A stretch of 64,000 bases of DNA from a virus, in IMG/VR virus record IMGVR_UViG_3300029787_000005, positions 32,001 to 96,000 of that record; one strand, given 5' to 3'. This document shows positions 41,266 to 51,200 of this stretch, one piece after another; within the stretch, counting starts at the first letter, position 1; each line of letters begins with the position of its first letter. The notes under the pieces were generated by a model. The model was given only the letters and a program-made list of their open reading frames with translations, was not told the DNA's origin and searched no databases. The position numbers were made by a program, and so were the translations under genes.

Positions 41266-44200
41266 TGATAACTTTGACACCACTGTTCTATTACTAAATG
41301 CTGAAATACCAAATGCAACTGATGGTGATGTAGAGTTTATTGATGCATCTGATCAAGGTAACCATGTTACAACTGTACACGGTAGTGCTGCTAAGAGTAC
41401 AGATCAAAAGAAATTTGGTTCTGCAGCTATAGAAGTTCCAAGCAGTGGTTCTAGTGGTCTAACAATTAACTTTGCAGATGATGACTTCAACTTTCAAAAT
41501 GAAGACTTTACAATTGAGTTTTGGTTAAGAGCTCCTGGTACAAACAATGCTACAATCTTAGAAGCATACGATCATTCTGACAATAGTGTCAAATGGGCTA
41601 TCAGAGGTAACGATGCATCTAGTCCTAGTGAGATAATATTCTACGAAGGAACAACTGCTAGAGTTACAGCAGATGACAATAGTCCTTGGTCATCTGATAC
41701 ATTTAATCATGTTGCAATTGTAAGAATAAGCAACGCAATCAAAGTATACATTAATGGTACAGCTGATGCAGCAACGTATACCTCAGCTGCTAACTTAACT
41801 GGAGCCACTAGATTAGTAATTGGTAACAGAAGACAATTAGATGCATCTGTTGGTGGTTTCATTGATGACCTTAGAATAGACAAAACCAATGGTAAGTATA
41901 CTGGTAACTTTAATGTTACTGATAATGAGACAGCTCAAGAACAAATAAATTCTGCCGATTGGACATCATTCCAAAAAGCATATGTTAAAACATACAGTGC
42001 AGACTATACTAAGATCTGGGCAAAGGATTATGATAAGACATACGAAGGTGTCTTTGATGCAAGTTATGAAAAAGCATATGATAAAGTATATACAAAGGTA
42101 TGGGAAAAAGATTACGTCACAGATTATACCAAGGTCTGGAATAAGAACTGGGAAAAGGCATACGATAAAGTATACACTAAAGCCTGGGTTGGAGCGTATA
42201 CTAAAATATATGTAGGTCCAGTTTACTATGGTGGTTTCGCATCAGGATCACAGACAACAAACTATACCAAAGTTTGGGAAGGTAGCTTTGATGCTGACTA
42301 TACTAAAATTTGGAACAAAGATTATGAAAAAGCATACGATAAAATCTATACCAAAAACTGGGTAAAAGCATACGATAAGACATACACTAAAGACTGGGTC
42401 AAGGCATATGCTAAGACATGGACTGGTGTATATACTAAGATATGGACAAAAGATTACGATAAAGTTTATACTAAAATTTGGAACAAAGACTATGTAAAAG
42501 ATTACGTCAATGTTTGGGTTGGTGAATGGGTCAAGAATTGGGTTAAAGATTACGAAGGTTCTTTTGATGCAACATACAACAAAGTTTGGGTGAAAGCATA
42601 TTCCAAAGACTATGATAAAGTATATGAAGGTTCTTTTGATGCCACATATGAGAAGGCATACTCTAAAGACTATGATAAGGTCTATGAGACAGATTGGAAC
42701 AAAGAGTATGTTGAAACATATGAAAAAGACTATACTAAGATATGGACTAAGAACTGGGTCAAGAATTATGATACTGAATACGAAAAGCAGTATGATAAAG
42801 ATTGGGTTAAGGCATACGAGAAAGATTATGTAGCTGCATATGACAAGAACTGGGATGCAGTCTACAACAAAGATTGGGTCAAAGCCTACGATAAGGTTTA
42901 TACTAAGTTATGGGCTAAAGACTATGAAGCTGCTTATACCAAGATTTGGGATAGAGCTTGGGTCAAGAGTTACGATAAAAACTGGGTCAAGACTTATACC
43001 AAAGACTGGAACAAAGTATATGTTAAGACGTATACTAAAAATTGGGTTAAAAATTACGAGACAGATTACTCAACTGATTACGGTAAGACATATACAAAAG
43101 CATATGAAGCTCACTATACAAGAGACTTCCTCAAGTTATGGCAAGGTGAGTATACTAAGAACTATGACAAAGACTACTTAAAAGACTATGTCAAAACGTA
43201 TACTAAAAACTGGGTCAAAGATTACGAGACTGACTATACTCAAGAGTATCAAGGTACTTACACCAAAGCCTATGAAGGTATCTTTGCAACATTTATCAAA
43301 TACTATCTCGGTGCTAAAAACTGGGAAGGTAATATAAACTACACCAAGAACTATACTGGTCTAAGGTATTATGGTAAGGCTTGGGGTACTGAGTATGCAA
43401 AAACTTGGACTGGTAACTATACTCACGCATACGAAAAAGATTATGTTAAGAACTATGATGCTGACTATACAAAAGATTGGACCGCAACATATACCAAGGC
43501 ATATGTTAAGAACTATGATAAAGTATACACCAAAGTATGGGCTAAAGATTGGACCAAGGCTTATGTTGATGGGTCTGGTGATACCTATACTAAGGTATGG
43601 TCAGCAGATTATGCTGCAGACTATACTAAGGCTTGGAACAAAGATTATGAAAAAGCATACGATAAAGTTTGGAACAAAGTATATACCAAGTCTTGGGAAA
43701 AGGGTTACGTTAAGAATTATGATAAAGAGTATGTTGCTAACTATACTGGATCGTATGGAGGTGCAGCAGCTTATCTAAAAGCATATGCTGGAACAACTGA
43801 TTACTCAGGTCCTGTTAACTATACTAAGACTTGGGAAGGACCATACATAGCCAGCTTTGCACCATCGTATACTGGTGATAGTGACTTTACACAAAGATAT
43901 ACTGGTGCACTAACAAGGAATGTTCCTTACGAAGGTACAACAAGTTTTGTAGGTCCTTCTGGTGGTCAGCTTGATTCTAACCTTGCTGGTCAACCTAAAC
44001 TTCATATTATGCAAGACAATACTTGGAAGAATGTCAAGCAATTGTTTGTACATGCATCTGGTCAGTGGAAGAAAGTCAAGTACTTAAATACTAAACAAGG
44101 TGATACTTGGAAGCTAGCATACATTGGTTACGATACAACTGATATCTTCTTAGATGAAGGTGAAGTTCTTACTAGCGATAGTGATGCAGGTTCAGCTCGA

Positions 44201-47200
44201 GGTCACGATCTTCATATGGGTAAGATCACTTACTATGTAAATGACTTCAACTTAAAATCATATCTTGAAGCTAAAGGTAAGACACCAGATACTGTTCCAC
44301 AATTAGTGAACATATTTGTTGGTGTAAAAGATGACTATACTAAGAACTTTGTATTTGGTTCTACAGCAAATAATATTCCTGCTGTAAACTTAAATATGGA
44401 TTCTGTTACAGCTAATGTTTCAGGAGATACACAAGCAGAGATCAAACACCTTGTACGCATTGTAAACTACACAACTGGATTCATCGTAGGTAAAGGTGGA
44501 GATGGTGGTGATGCAAATGGAAGCACAAGAGGTCTAGGCAGCCATGGTAGTGATGGTGGTCATGCTATTGAGTCTGGAGCCAATGTACATCTGTTTGTAG
44601 AAAACTATGGTACTATTGGTGGTGGCGGTGGTGGTGGAGGTGCATCTGGTATCTCTGATCCATACAGTAAAGAATCTGGTGTGTACACAACTACATATCT
44701 TGGTGACACATATCATGGTTCTGGAGTACTTACTGAGTATGGTGCTACGTGGAGTAAAACATATACAAAAGACTGGATTAAAAATTACGTTAAAGTATAT
44801 GTTGGCGACTACACTAAAGTATATGAAAAAGATTATTCTGCAGACTATGTTAAGGCATACGTTGGTGTATATAATAAAGACTGGGAAAAGGTATACGTTA
44901 AAGAATATGCAGCAGACTACACTAAAGTATATGCTAAGGATTGGGAAAAGACATATACTAAAGCATACGAAGGCTCATTTGATGCAACTTATACTAAGAC
45001 ATATACCAAGATATGGGAAGGTAATTATACCAAAACATATACTAAAAACTATGATAAAGTTTACACAAAAGTATGGGCCAAAGACTTCAGCACAGTATAT
45101 CAAGGTGAGTATACAAAAGTATGGTCTAAAGGATATGCAAGAGATTTTGAAGCAGCATTCAATGGTGGCGGTACAGACTATCTAAGAATCTTCTCAAAAG
45201 ATTACGCCAAAGGATATGAGGTTGTATACACCGGTGACTACACTAAAGTGTGGTCTACAGACTTCAGCGCTGACTATACTAAATCTTGGGAAAAGGCATA
45301 CGATAAAGAGTATGTTGGAGCATACACTAAAGATTATAATAAAGACTATGCAAAGGCTTGGGTTGGAGTATATAATAAAGATTGGGTCAAGGCTTATTCC
45401 AAAGATTATACTAAAGTGTGGACTGGGAACTATCTTAAAGACTATGCTAAGGTATGGGCAAAAGCATATGAAGGATCTTTTGATGGTACTTGGACTAAGG
45501 TTTGGACTAAAACATACACTAAGATCTGGCAAGGTGCATACGAGAAAGATTATCTCAAAGCATACCAGAAAGTATACAACAAACAATATGATGCAAGTTA
45601 TACTGAAGCATACCAGAAAGCATACACTGGACAATTGTATTGGATTGATGAAGACGTAGCATCTTATACTGGAGCTGCTGGAAATTTCACATCTGCTCGA
45701 GCATATGGAGATGGTGAAGTTAGCTTTATCAAAGACTTTAACAAAGAATATGTTTCTGGATTTACTGGCCAGACAGCTTACACTGCAGGAGTACCAGGAT
45801 CAAGAGGTGAGCTTGGATCATTCTCACAAGCAGAGAACTATGATGTTGATTATACTAAACTATATGCATCTCCATATACTAAAGCATACGATAAGATATA
45901 TGCTAAGGCTTGGGATTCATCTGCTGCTAACTATACAGTTAACTGGGAGAAGGCTTGGGTAGAAGATTGGGCTTCAAACTGGGCTGGATCTTTCCATGGT
46001 GGTCAGCAAGATGCAATGACACCAACAAACTTTATGAAGACTTATCTTCCAGACTCTGGTGTTGCTCTATATGCAAAAGAATATACAAATACAAGATTTG
46101 GTCGTACATATGGTGGATATGAATCTGCTGGATTCATTACATCAGTTGGATCATATGCAAAAGCATACACCAAAACATATACTAAGATATGGACTAAATC
46201 ATATACCAAGGCTTGGGAAAAAACATATACTAAAGTATACGAGAAAGATTACAACAAAGCATACGATGGTGCTGCATTTGCTAAAGAATGGACTAAGACA
46301 TATACCAAAACATATGATGGTACAATATATGGTGGCGTATATGAAAAAACATATCAAAAAGCATATGACAAAGTATGGCAAGGAAGTTATGTTGATGAGT
46401 GGGGTGGAGCATATGATAAAGAATATGAAGCAGATTATCTTGCAACATATGTTAAGACATACATTGGTATCTATACCAAGACATACGAGAGTGCAGACGA
46501 TGCATATGTAGGACCTACTTATGATGGTGCAACATATACTAAGAGTTGGGAAAAAGCATACTCTGTTGATTACTCAACTGATTGGGAAAAAGCATACACC
46601 AAGTCATACGACAAAGACTATGAAAAAGCATACGAAGCTGCTTATACAAAAGCATGGTCCAAAGACTATAATAAAGATTATGAAAAAGACTACGAAGGAA
46701 CTTTCTCTAAGAGTTATGTTAAGAACTACGATCGTGTATATGTTGGTGATTATACTAAGACTTACGATAAAGATTATTCCAAAGACTATGCTAAGGTATG
46801 GAACAGCTCTGCTGCAACATATACAAAAGTATATACTAAGAGTTATGACAAAACATACTCAAGTGATTGGACTAAGTCATATGAGAAGGATTATGTAAAA
46901 GATTACACTGGTGCATTTACCAAAGCGTATACTAAAACATATACAAAAGATTACTCAGCTGATTACGCTAAAGAATGGACAAAAGCATATACCAAAACAT
47001 ATGATAAAGATTACACTAAAGCGTATACAAAAATCTATACAAAAGATTATGTCAAAAACTACGATGCAGATTATGTTGGATCATACACTGCAACATTCTC
47101 AAGATCATACGATGCAGAATACGAAGGATCATATGATAAAGAGTATGAAAAAGCATGGACAAAAATATGGACTAAGGGTTTTGGTTCTACTACATACATT

Positions 47201-48262
47201 GGTGACTACTCAGCAACATATCTTGCTGACTTTACAAAACAATATCAAAAAGACTTTGGTAGCTCATACAGTAGAGACTATAATGCTGAATATGAAGCAT
47301 CATATACAGGAACATATGTTGCAACATATGTCAAGACATACTCAAAAGATTGGGTCAAGGCATATGAAGCAGACTACAACAAAGACTATACAGCAGATTA
47401 TGCTACAACATGGATAAAAGAATATCTTGGTAACTATAGCAGACCTGGTGGTGTGTATGGTGCATTCCTCAAAGAATACACAGATACATTTGTTAGAGTA
47501 TACAACACCAAAGGTTCATTCATTGGTACATATCTCAAAACATATACCAAGAACTATGATCAATTGTATCAAGGTGTTTATACAAAAGCATATCAAAAGG
47601 CATATGAAGGTACATTTAACCAAGACTATCTAGTAATATACAACAAAGATTATGCTAAGGCATATGTTGGACCAGTCTTCTACGGTGGTTTTGCTTCTGG
47701 CTCACAGACAACAACATACAACAAAGCATATACTAAAGGTTATGAGAAGAACTGGATTAAGACTTACACAGGTATCTTCACTAAAGATTATGAGAAGGCA
47801 TACACTGGTGACTATACTAAGTCTTGGACAAAAGACTATGTTAAGACATTTGAAGATACAGCATATTCAAGAGAAGTAAACATTGCATATCTTGGATTTG
47901 CAGAGACAACTGGTGTAGCTGGTTCTGGTGGAGCTGGTTGGAACATTGGTGAAGAAGGTACTACTGAAGCTGATCACAGTCATATGTTATTCCTACCACA
48001 AGAAGGTAATCTAATCAATGGTGGTAGTCGTGGTGTTCCTGATTGGGAATATGGTAACTCAAGAGCCATTGGTGGTAAAGGTGGAGACTTAGGTAATGTT
48101 GGTACCGGTGGTGGTGAAAGGTTCCTAAGAAAATCAAGACTTGGAAGATCTGGTGATGGTGGTAAACCTGGTGCAGCCATTAAAGGTTATGACTCTGATT
48201 ATGTTAACATGATCTACCAGGGTAATATATTAGGTGACCCCAACTACATGTTCCAAGGTTAA
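38783..48262 (+). CDS. Giant [Y/W]xKx-repeat fibre/adhesin with a LamG domain and a split gp38-like polyglycine domain (3159 aa)
   Basis: Uninterrupted ORF with three repeat arrays, a LamG/ConA-like domain at about 41270-41900, and Gly-rich adhesin halves at about 43990-44660 and 47880-48262. Confidence 0.8.
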   Translation: MSYSNRLYAKEYAGGDRTFEVSYTGTGTRTPYIVYTNAFHGFYNGFEGVYTNSRTSTLAWQTNFAGAYTASYEGFVNYNSDDTDTYSKAYTSLKNFTGQLGYRKDYSATGNQPDNIWSTMNILANYSGTYSTDIAYSRVVGYVGDGNYDGAAYTATWVGELAYTPTYSGFVGFASYTKTYEGSTTYTKTYTKTYVGNTIYQAEWQRDYLKAYGGTATYTKAYTVDVNYDKDYSAGAWVGADSFVVYSKDYGGAITYLDSTGAGFTGFVNYTKGYQATQFYTKTYVGTVDYNKNYVGAADYTKAYTGRASYMAEENFNKNYTKAYTTVADFTRVWSGGLSYLGNVNYDGLTYTGTYAGDTNYQTLVYYVGTSDYVGTYEGLADNSYLGSAFVGVYEKDYIGNYFRIYTKIWQKDYVTDYNKNYVKTYTKRYEKLYVGDYVAAYRTSYHKDYDKVYSKIWTKAYEVPYTKIYSKDWEKTYTKIYTKVWTKDYLEDYGKAWLGIYNKDYIKLYNKVYSKDWVKDYGKAYVGPVYYGGFASGSQTTAYNKVWQKAYTADYTKDWEKAYVKSYEGSFDATYTKNWLTDYAADYSKDWVKAYAKDYDKVWNATYEKDYGADYTKIWTKNYDESWAKEWEKDYGKTYTKIWTKIWQKDYVTDYEKDYGKTYTTDYLKDYVATYNKDYVANYDQIYLKNWSKDYAEDYTKIWEKAYDAAYTKIWVGTYEKNWVKAYEKNYVKAYIKAYGKTWEKDYVTDYDKVYTKAYNKGYVKAYTAAYTKIWNRDWVKAYAKVWLGEYTKIWDRNWEKDYSKAYEKAWVGVYSKDYVTSYHVPYDNFDTTVLLLNAEIPNATDGDVEFIDASDQGNHVTTVHGSAAKSTDQKKFGSAAIEVPSSGSSGLTINFADDDFNFQNEDFTIEFWLRAPGTNNATILEAYDHSDNSVKWAIRGNDASSPSEIIFYEGTTARVTADDNSPWSSDTFNHVAIVRISNAIKVYINGTADAATYTSAANLTGATRLVIGNRRQLDASVGGFIDDLRIDKTNGKYTGNFNVTDNETAQEQINSADWTSFQKAYVKTYSADYTKIWAKDYDKTYEGVFDASYEKAYDKVYTKVWEKDYVTDYTKVWNKNWEKAYDKVYTKAWVGAYTKIYVGPVYYGGFASGSQTTNYTKVWEGSFDADYTKIWNKDYEKAYDKIYTKNWVKAYDKTYTKDWVKAYAKTWTGVYTKIWTKDYDKVYTKIWNKDYVKDYVNVWVGEWVKNWVKDYEGSFDATYNKVWVKAYSKDYDKVYEGSFDATYEKAYSKDYDKVYETDWNKEYVETYEKDYTKIWTKNWVKNYDTEYEKQYDKDWVKAYEKDYVAAYDKNWDAVYNKDWVKAYDKVYTKLWAKDYEAAYTKIWDRAWVKSYDKNWVKTYTKDWNKVYVKTYTKNWVKNYETDYSTDYGKTYTKAYEAHYTRDFLKLWQGEYTKNYDKDYLKDYVKTYTKNWVKDYETDYTQEYQGTYTKAYEGIFATFIKYYLGAKNWEGNINYTKNYTGLRYYGKAWGTEYAKTWTGNYTHAYEKDYVKNYDADYTKDWTATYTKAYVKNYDKVYTKVWAKDWTKAYVDGSGDTYTKVWSADYAADYTKAWNKDYEKAYDKVWNKVYTKSWEKGYVKNYDKEYVANYTGSYGGAAAYLKAYAGTTDYSGPVNYTKTWEGPYIASFAPSYTGDSDFTQRYTGALTRNVPYEGTTSFVGPSGGQLDSNLAGQPKLHIMQDNTWKNVKQLFVHASGQWKKVKYLNTKQGDTWKLAYIGYDTTDIFLDEGEVLTSDSDAGSARGHDLHMGKITYYVNDFNLKSYLEAKGKTPDTVPQLVNIFVGVKDDYTKNFVFGSTANNIPAVNLNMDSVTANVSGDTQAEIKHLVRIVNYTTGFIVGKGGDGGDANGSTRGLGSHGSDGGHAIESGANVHLFVENYGTIGGGGGGGGASGISDPYSKESGVYTTTYLGDTYHGSGVLTEYGATWSKTYTKDWIKNYVKVYVGDYTKVYEKDYSADYVKAYVGVYNKDWEKVYVKEYAADYTKVYAKDWEKTYTKAYEGSFDATYTKTYTKIWEGNYTKTYTKNYDKVYTKVWAKDFSTVYQGEYTKVWSKGYARDFEAAFNGGGTDYLRIFSKDYAKGYEVVYTGDYTKVWSTDFSADYTKSWEKAYDKEYVGAYTKDYNKDYAKAWVGVYNKDWVKAYSKDYTKVWTGNYLKDYAKVWAKAYEGSFDGTWTKVWTKTYTKIWQGAYEKDYLKAYQKVYNKQYDASYTEAYQKAYTGQLYWIDEDVASYTGAAGNFTSARAYGDGEVSFIKDFNKEYVSGFTGQTAYTAGVPGSRGELGSFSQAENYDVDYTKLYASPYTKAYDKIYAKAWDSSAANYTVNWEKAWVEDWASNWAGSFHGGQQDAMTPTNFMKTYLPDSGVALYAKEYTNTRFGRTYGGYESAGFITSVGSYAKAYTKTYTKIWTKSYTKAWEKTYTKVYEKDYNKAYDGAAFAKEWTKTYTKTYDGTIYGGVYEKTYQKAYDKVWQGSYVDEWGGAYDKEYEADYLATYVKTYIGIYTKTYESADDAYVGPTYDGATYTKSWEKAYSVDYSTDWEKAYTKSYDKDYEKAYEAAYTKAWSKDYNKDYEKDYEGTFSKSYVKNYDRVYVGDYTKTYDKDYSKDYAKVWNSSAATYTKVYTKSYDKTYSSDWTKSYEKDYVKDYTGAFTKAYTKTYTKDYSADYAKEWTKAYTKTYDKDYTKAYTKIYTKDYVKNYDADYVGSYTATFSRSYDAEYEGSYDKEYEKAWTKIWTKGFGSTTYIGDYSATYLADFTKQYQKDFGSSYSRDYNAEYEASYTGTYVATYVKTYSKDWVKAYEADYNKDYTADYATTWIKEYLGNYSRPGGVYGAFLKEYTDTFVRVYNTKGSFIGTYLKTYTKNYDQLYQGVYTKAYQKAYEGTFNQDYLVIYNKDYAKAYVGPVFYGGFASGSQTTTYNKAYTKGYEKNWIKTYTGIFTKDYEKAYTGDYTKSWTKDYVKTFEDTAYSREVNIAYLGFAETTGVAGSGGAGWNIGEEGTTEADHSHMLFLPQEGNLINGGSRGVPDWEYGNSRAIGGKGGDLGNVGTGGGERFLRKSRLGRSGDGGKPGAAIKGYDSDYVNMIYQGNILGDPNYMFQG
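41960..43950 (+). repeat. Tetrapeptide array 2
   Basis: e.g. YTKNWVKAYDKTYTKDWVKAY. Confidence 0.85.
44660..47880 (+). repeat. Tetrapeptide array 3 (inserted in the polyglycine domain)
   Basis: e.g. YTKVYEKDYSADYVKAY; degenerate middle at about 45630-46150. Confidence 0.85.
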
Positions 48263-48268
48263 GGTGTC

Positions 48269-51200
48269 ATGGGACGGCCCCTTAAAATTAAAACCTCTGG
48301 AGGTGGAACATGGATAGCTCTACAAGAGATACCAGATACAGAATTAACCCACATAGTCCATCAAGTTCTTACAGAGTTTGCATCTAGTACTTCTGGTACT
48401 GGAACACTTTCTGTTGGAACAGATACTGGAACAAGTATTGGTACATTTACAGATACCAATTCATCAACAAGTTCCACAACTACTGTTTATCAAAATTTAA
48501 CGTCCGTGTCAGAATCAAGTATGGTCCGCCCCGTGGAGTTCGGTTCAACTATTCAAGAGGCATCTGATGCAAACATTAATTCGTTCATCATTAGCACTGC
48601 TCTTTCTAATCTTGTGTCTAACGGAATTGGGTCTTATGTCCTGTCAACAACAAATCCTGACTCAGATAGATACACTGCTATAACACCAGCGCTAACTGAT
48701 AACACAACGAGTACTTCTACAAGTTATAATTTATACAGAAAAACATCTGTTGCAACTGCACCAGCTCAAGTAATACCATTAAAGGTTACTGGTAGTACAG
48801 TTAAACAGATGACTAATACAGAGATCAAAACTCTCACAGCAAGAGTAAGAAATAGAATCATTGACACAGGAATTGGTAAGTATGCTATTCAAGCAGCTGC
48901 ACCATCTACTGGTACATGGGTTGATCAAGGAACAATACTTGATACAAAGATCATTGATTCTGATAGCGATTCCTATTCAAGGACTTACTTAAAAACATAC
49001 ACTAAAGCATTTGCAAAGAATTATCTCAAGACATACACTGGAACATTTGTTGGACAGTATGTTGGTACATATGAGAAAGATTATCAAAAAGCATATACCA
49101 GTGCAATAAACTATGAGAAGATATACACTACAGTTTGGACTAAGTCATATAGTAAAGACTTTATTGGTGTGTATCAAGGTGTAGTCAACTTCAATAGAAC
49201 ATTTGAAGGTGACTTTGCAAAAGATTGGATCAAGTCTTACAGTAAAGCATACACTGGCTTTATACTATATGCAAAAGATTATGATCAAACATTCACAGGA
49301 AACTTTCATAAAGACTATCTCAAGGGATATGTTGGTGAGAGAAACTATCTAGCAGAGTATGCAAGAGATTGGAACAAAACATACACCAAGTTATATACTG
49401 GTGAATATCAAAAGACAGAAAACTTTGAAGTTAATTATGAAGGTGAAAGAGTTGTAAACTACAATGCAACCTTTGCTGCTTTCTACGAAGGTGAGATAAC
49501 TTCAGCTGCAACATATGTCAAAGCATATGTAAAAGATTTTGGAAATGATTATGCTGCTTCATTCTCAGCTGCTGCAAACTATTCTGGTACATTCAACAGA
49601 ACATACACGAAAGATTATGGTAGAGCATGGACTGTTGAGTTTTCAGGTCCTGGTGTATTCCAATCTGAATGGACTAAAAACTATACAGTAAACTATCAAA
49701 AGGCTTATGCAAAGCTCTGGACAAAAGATTGGGTAAAGCAATATATTGTTCAGTATGAAAAGTTATATGAAAAGAGTTGGTTGGAAGATTGGGTCAAGGC
49801 TTACGAGAAAGACTATGAAGCAGCATATGATAAAGATTGGATTAAAAACTGGGTCAAATCATATTCAAAAGATTGGAATAAAGATTATTCTGCTGACTAT
49901 CTAAAAGACTATGGTAAGACATATACTACTGATTACAACAAAGATTATATCACCAACTACGAGAAAACATATGTGAAGGCATACGTTGGTGTATACAATA
50001 AAGACTATATCAAAGCATACGAGAAAGATTGGGTTACAGACTATACTCACAATTGGGTCAAAGCATATCTAAAGGTATGGAACAAAGACTATGTCAAAGG
50101 TTATGAGATTGCATGGAACAAAGTATGGTTAGGTATCTATACTAAAGACTGGTCAAAAGACTATGAAAAAATATATGTAAAGAATTGGGTAAAATCATAT
50201 GATGCGGACTACGCAAAACAATGGCTTGGTGAGTATGAAAAAAATTATGTCAAGTCTTATGACAAAGATTATGTTAAGGCATACGATCGCATCTGGTCAC
50301 AAACGTACACAAAAATCTACGATGCAGCATACACAAAGATCTGGGCCAAGGACTGGGAAAAAGATTACGTAAAGATATATCAAAAGAACTACGTTAAAAC
50401 ATATAGTGCTGCATATGAAGGATCGTTTGATGAAAACTATAACAAAGATTATGTAGCTGCATATACAAAGATATGGAACAAGACTTATACTAAGATCTGG
50501 CAGAAAGACTATGTCACAGATTACACAAAGACATACACAACAGATTATAATAAAGACTATACAAAAATTTATGCTAAGGCTTGGGTTGGTGCATATACAA
50601 AAATATATGTTGGGCCTGTGTACTACGGTGGTTTTGCATCTGGATCTCAAACTACAAACTACACAAAAGTTTGGGAAGGTAGCTTTGGTGCCAACTATAC
50701 AAAGGTATGGGTAAAGACATATACCAAAGATTGGAACAAAGCATATACCAAGAACTGGATAAAAAACTATGATGCTGATTATGTAAAAGCATATGATAAG
50801 ATATACGAAAAGGCTTGGGTCAAGACTTATACTAAAGCATATGTTGGTGTTTACAATAAGGATTGGAACAAAGATTACGTTAAGGATTATTCCAAAAATT
50901 GGGTTAAAGCATATACTAAGAATTACGATAAAGTATATAACAAAGATTGGTCTAAAGATTGGAACGTTGATTACGTTGCAGTGTATCTAAAGAATTGGGT
51001 TAAGACATACGACAAAGATTATGTTAAAGCATATGAAGGTGCCTTTGATGCAACCTACACAAAGATATGGAATAAAGATTATCTAAAAGACTATGCTAAG
51101 TTGTGGGCTAAGGATTATGATAAAGAGTATGAAGGATCTTTTGATGCTGCATATGTTAAACAATATGCAAAGAACTGGGTAAAGGCTTATGAGGCTAGTT

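Noticed and set aside
40358-50662. Diversity-generating retroelement (TR/VR pair) suggested by the repeated motif
   Set aside because: Differences between copies are synonymous third-position changes rather than adenine-specific, all copies are coding, and no reverse transcriptase is in the window.
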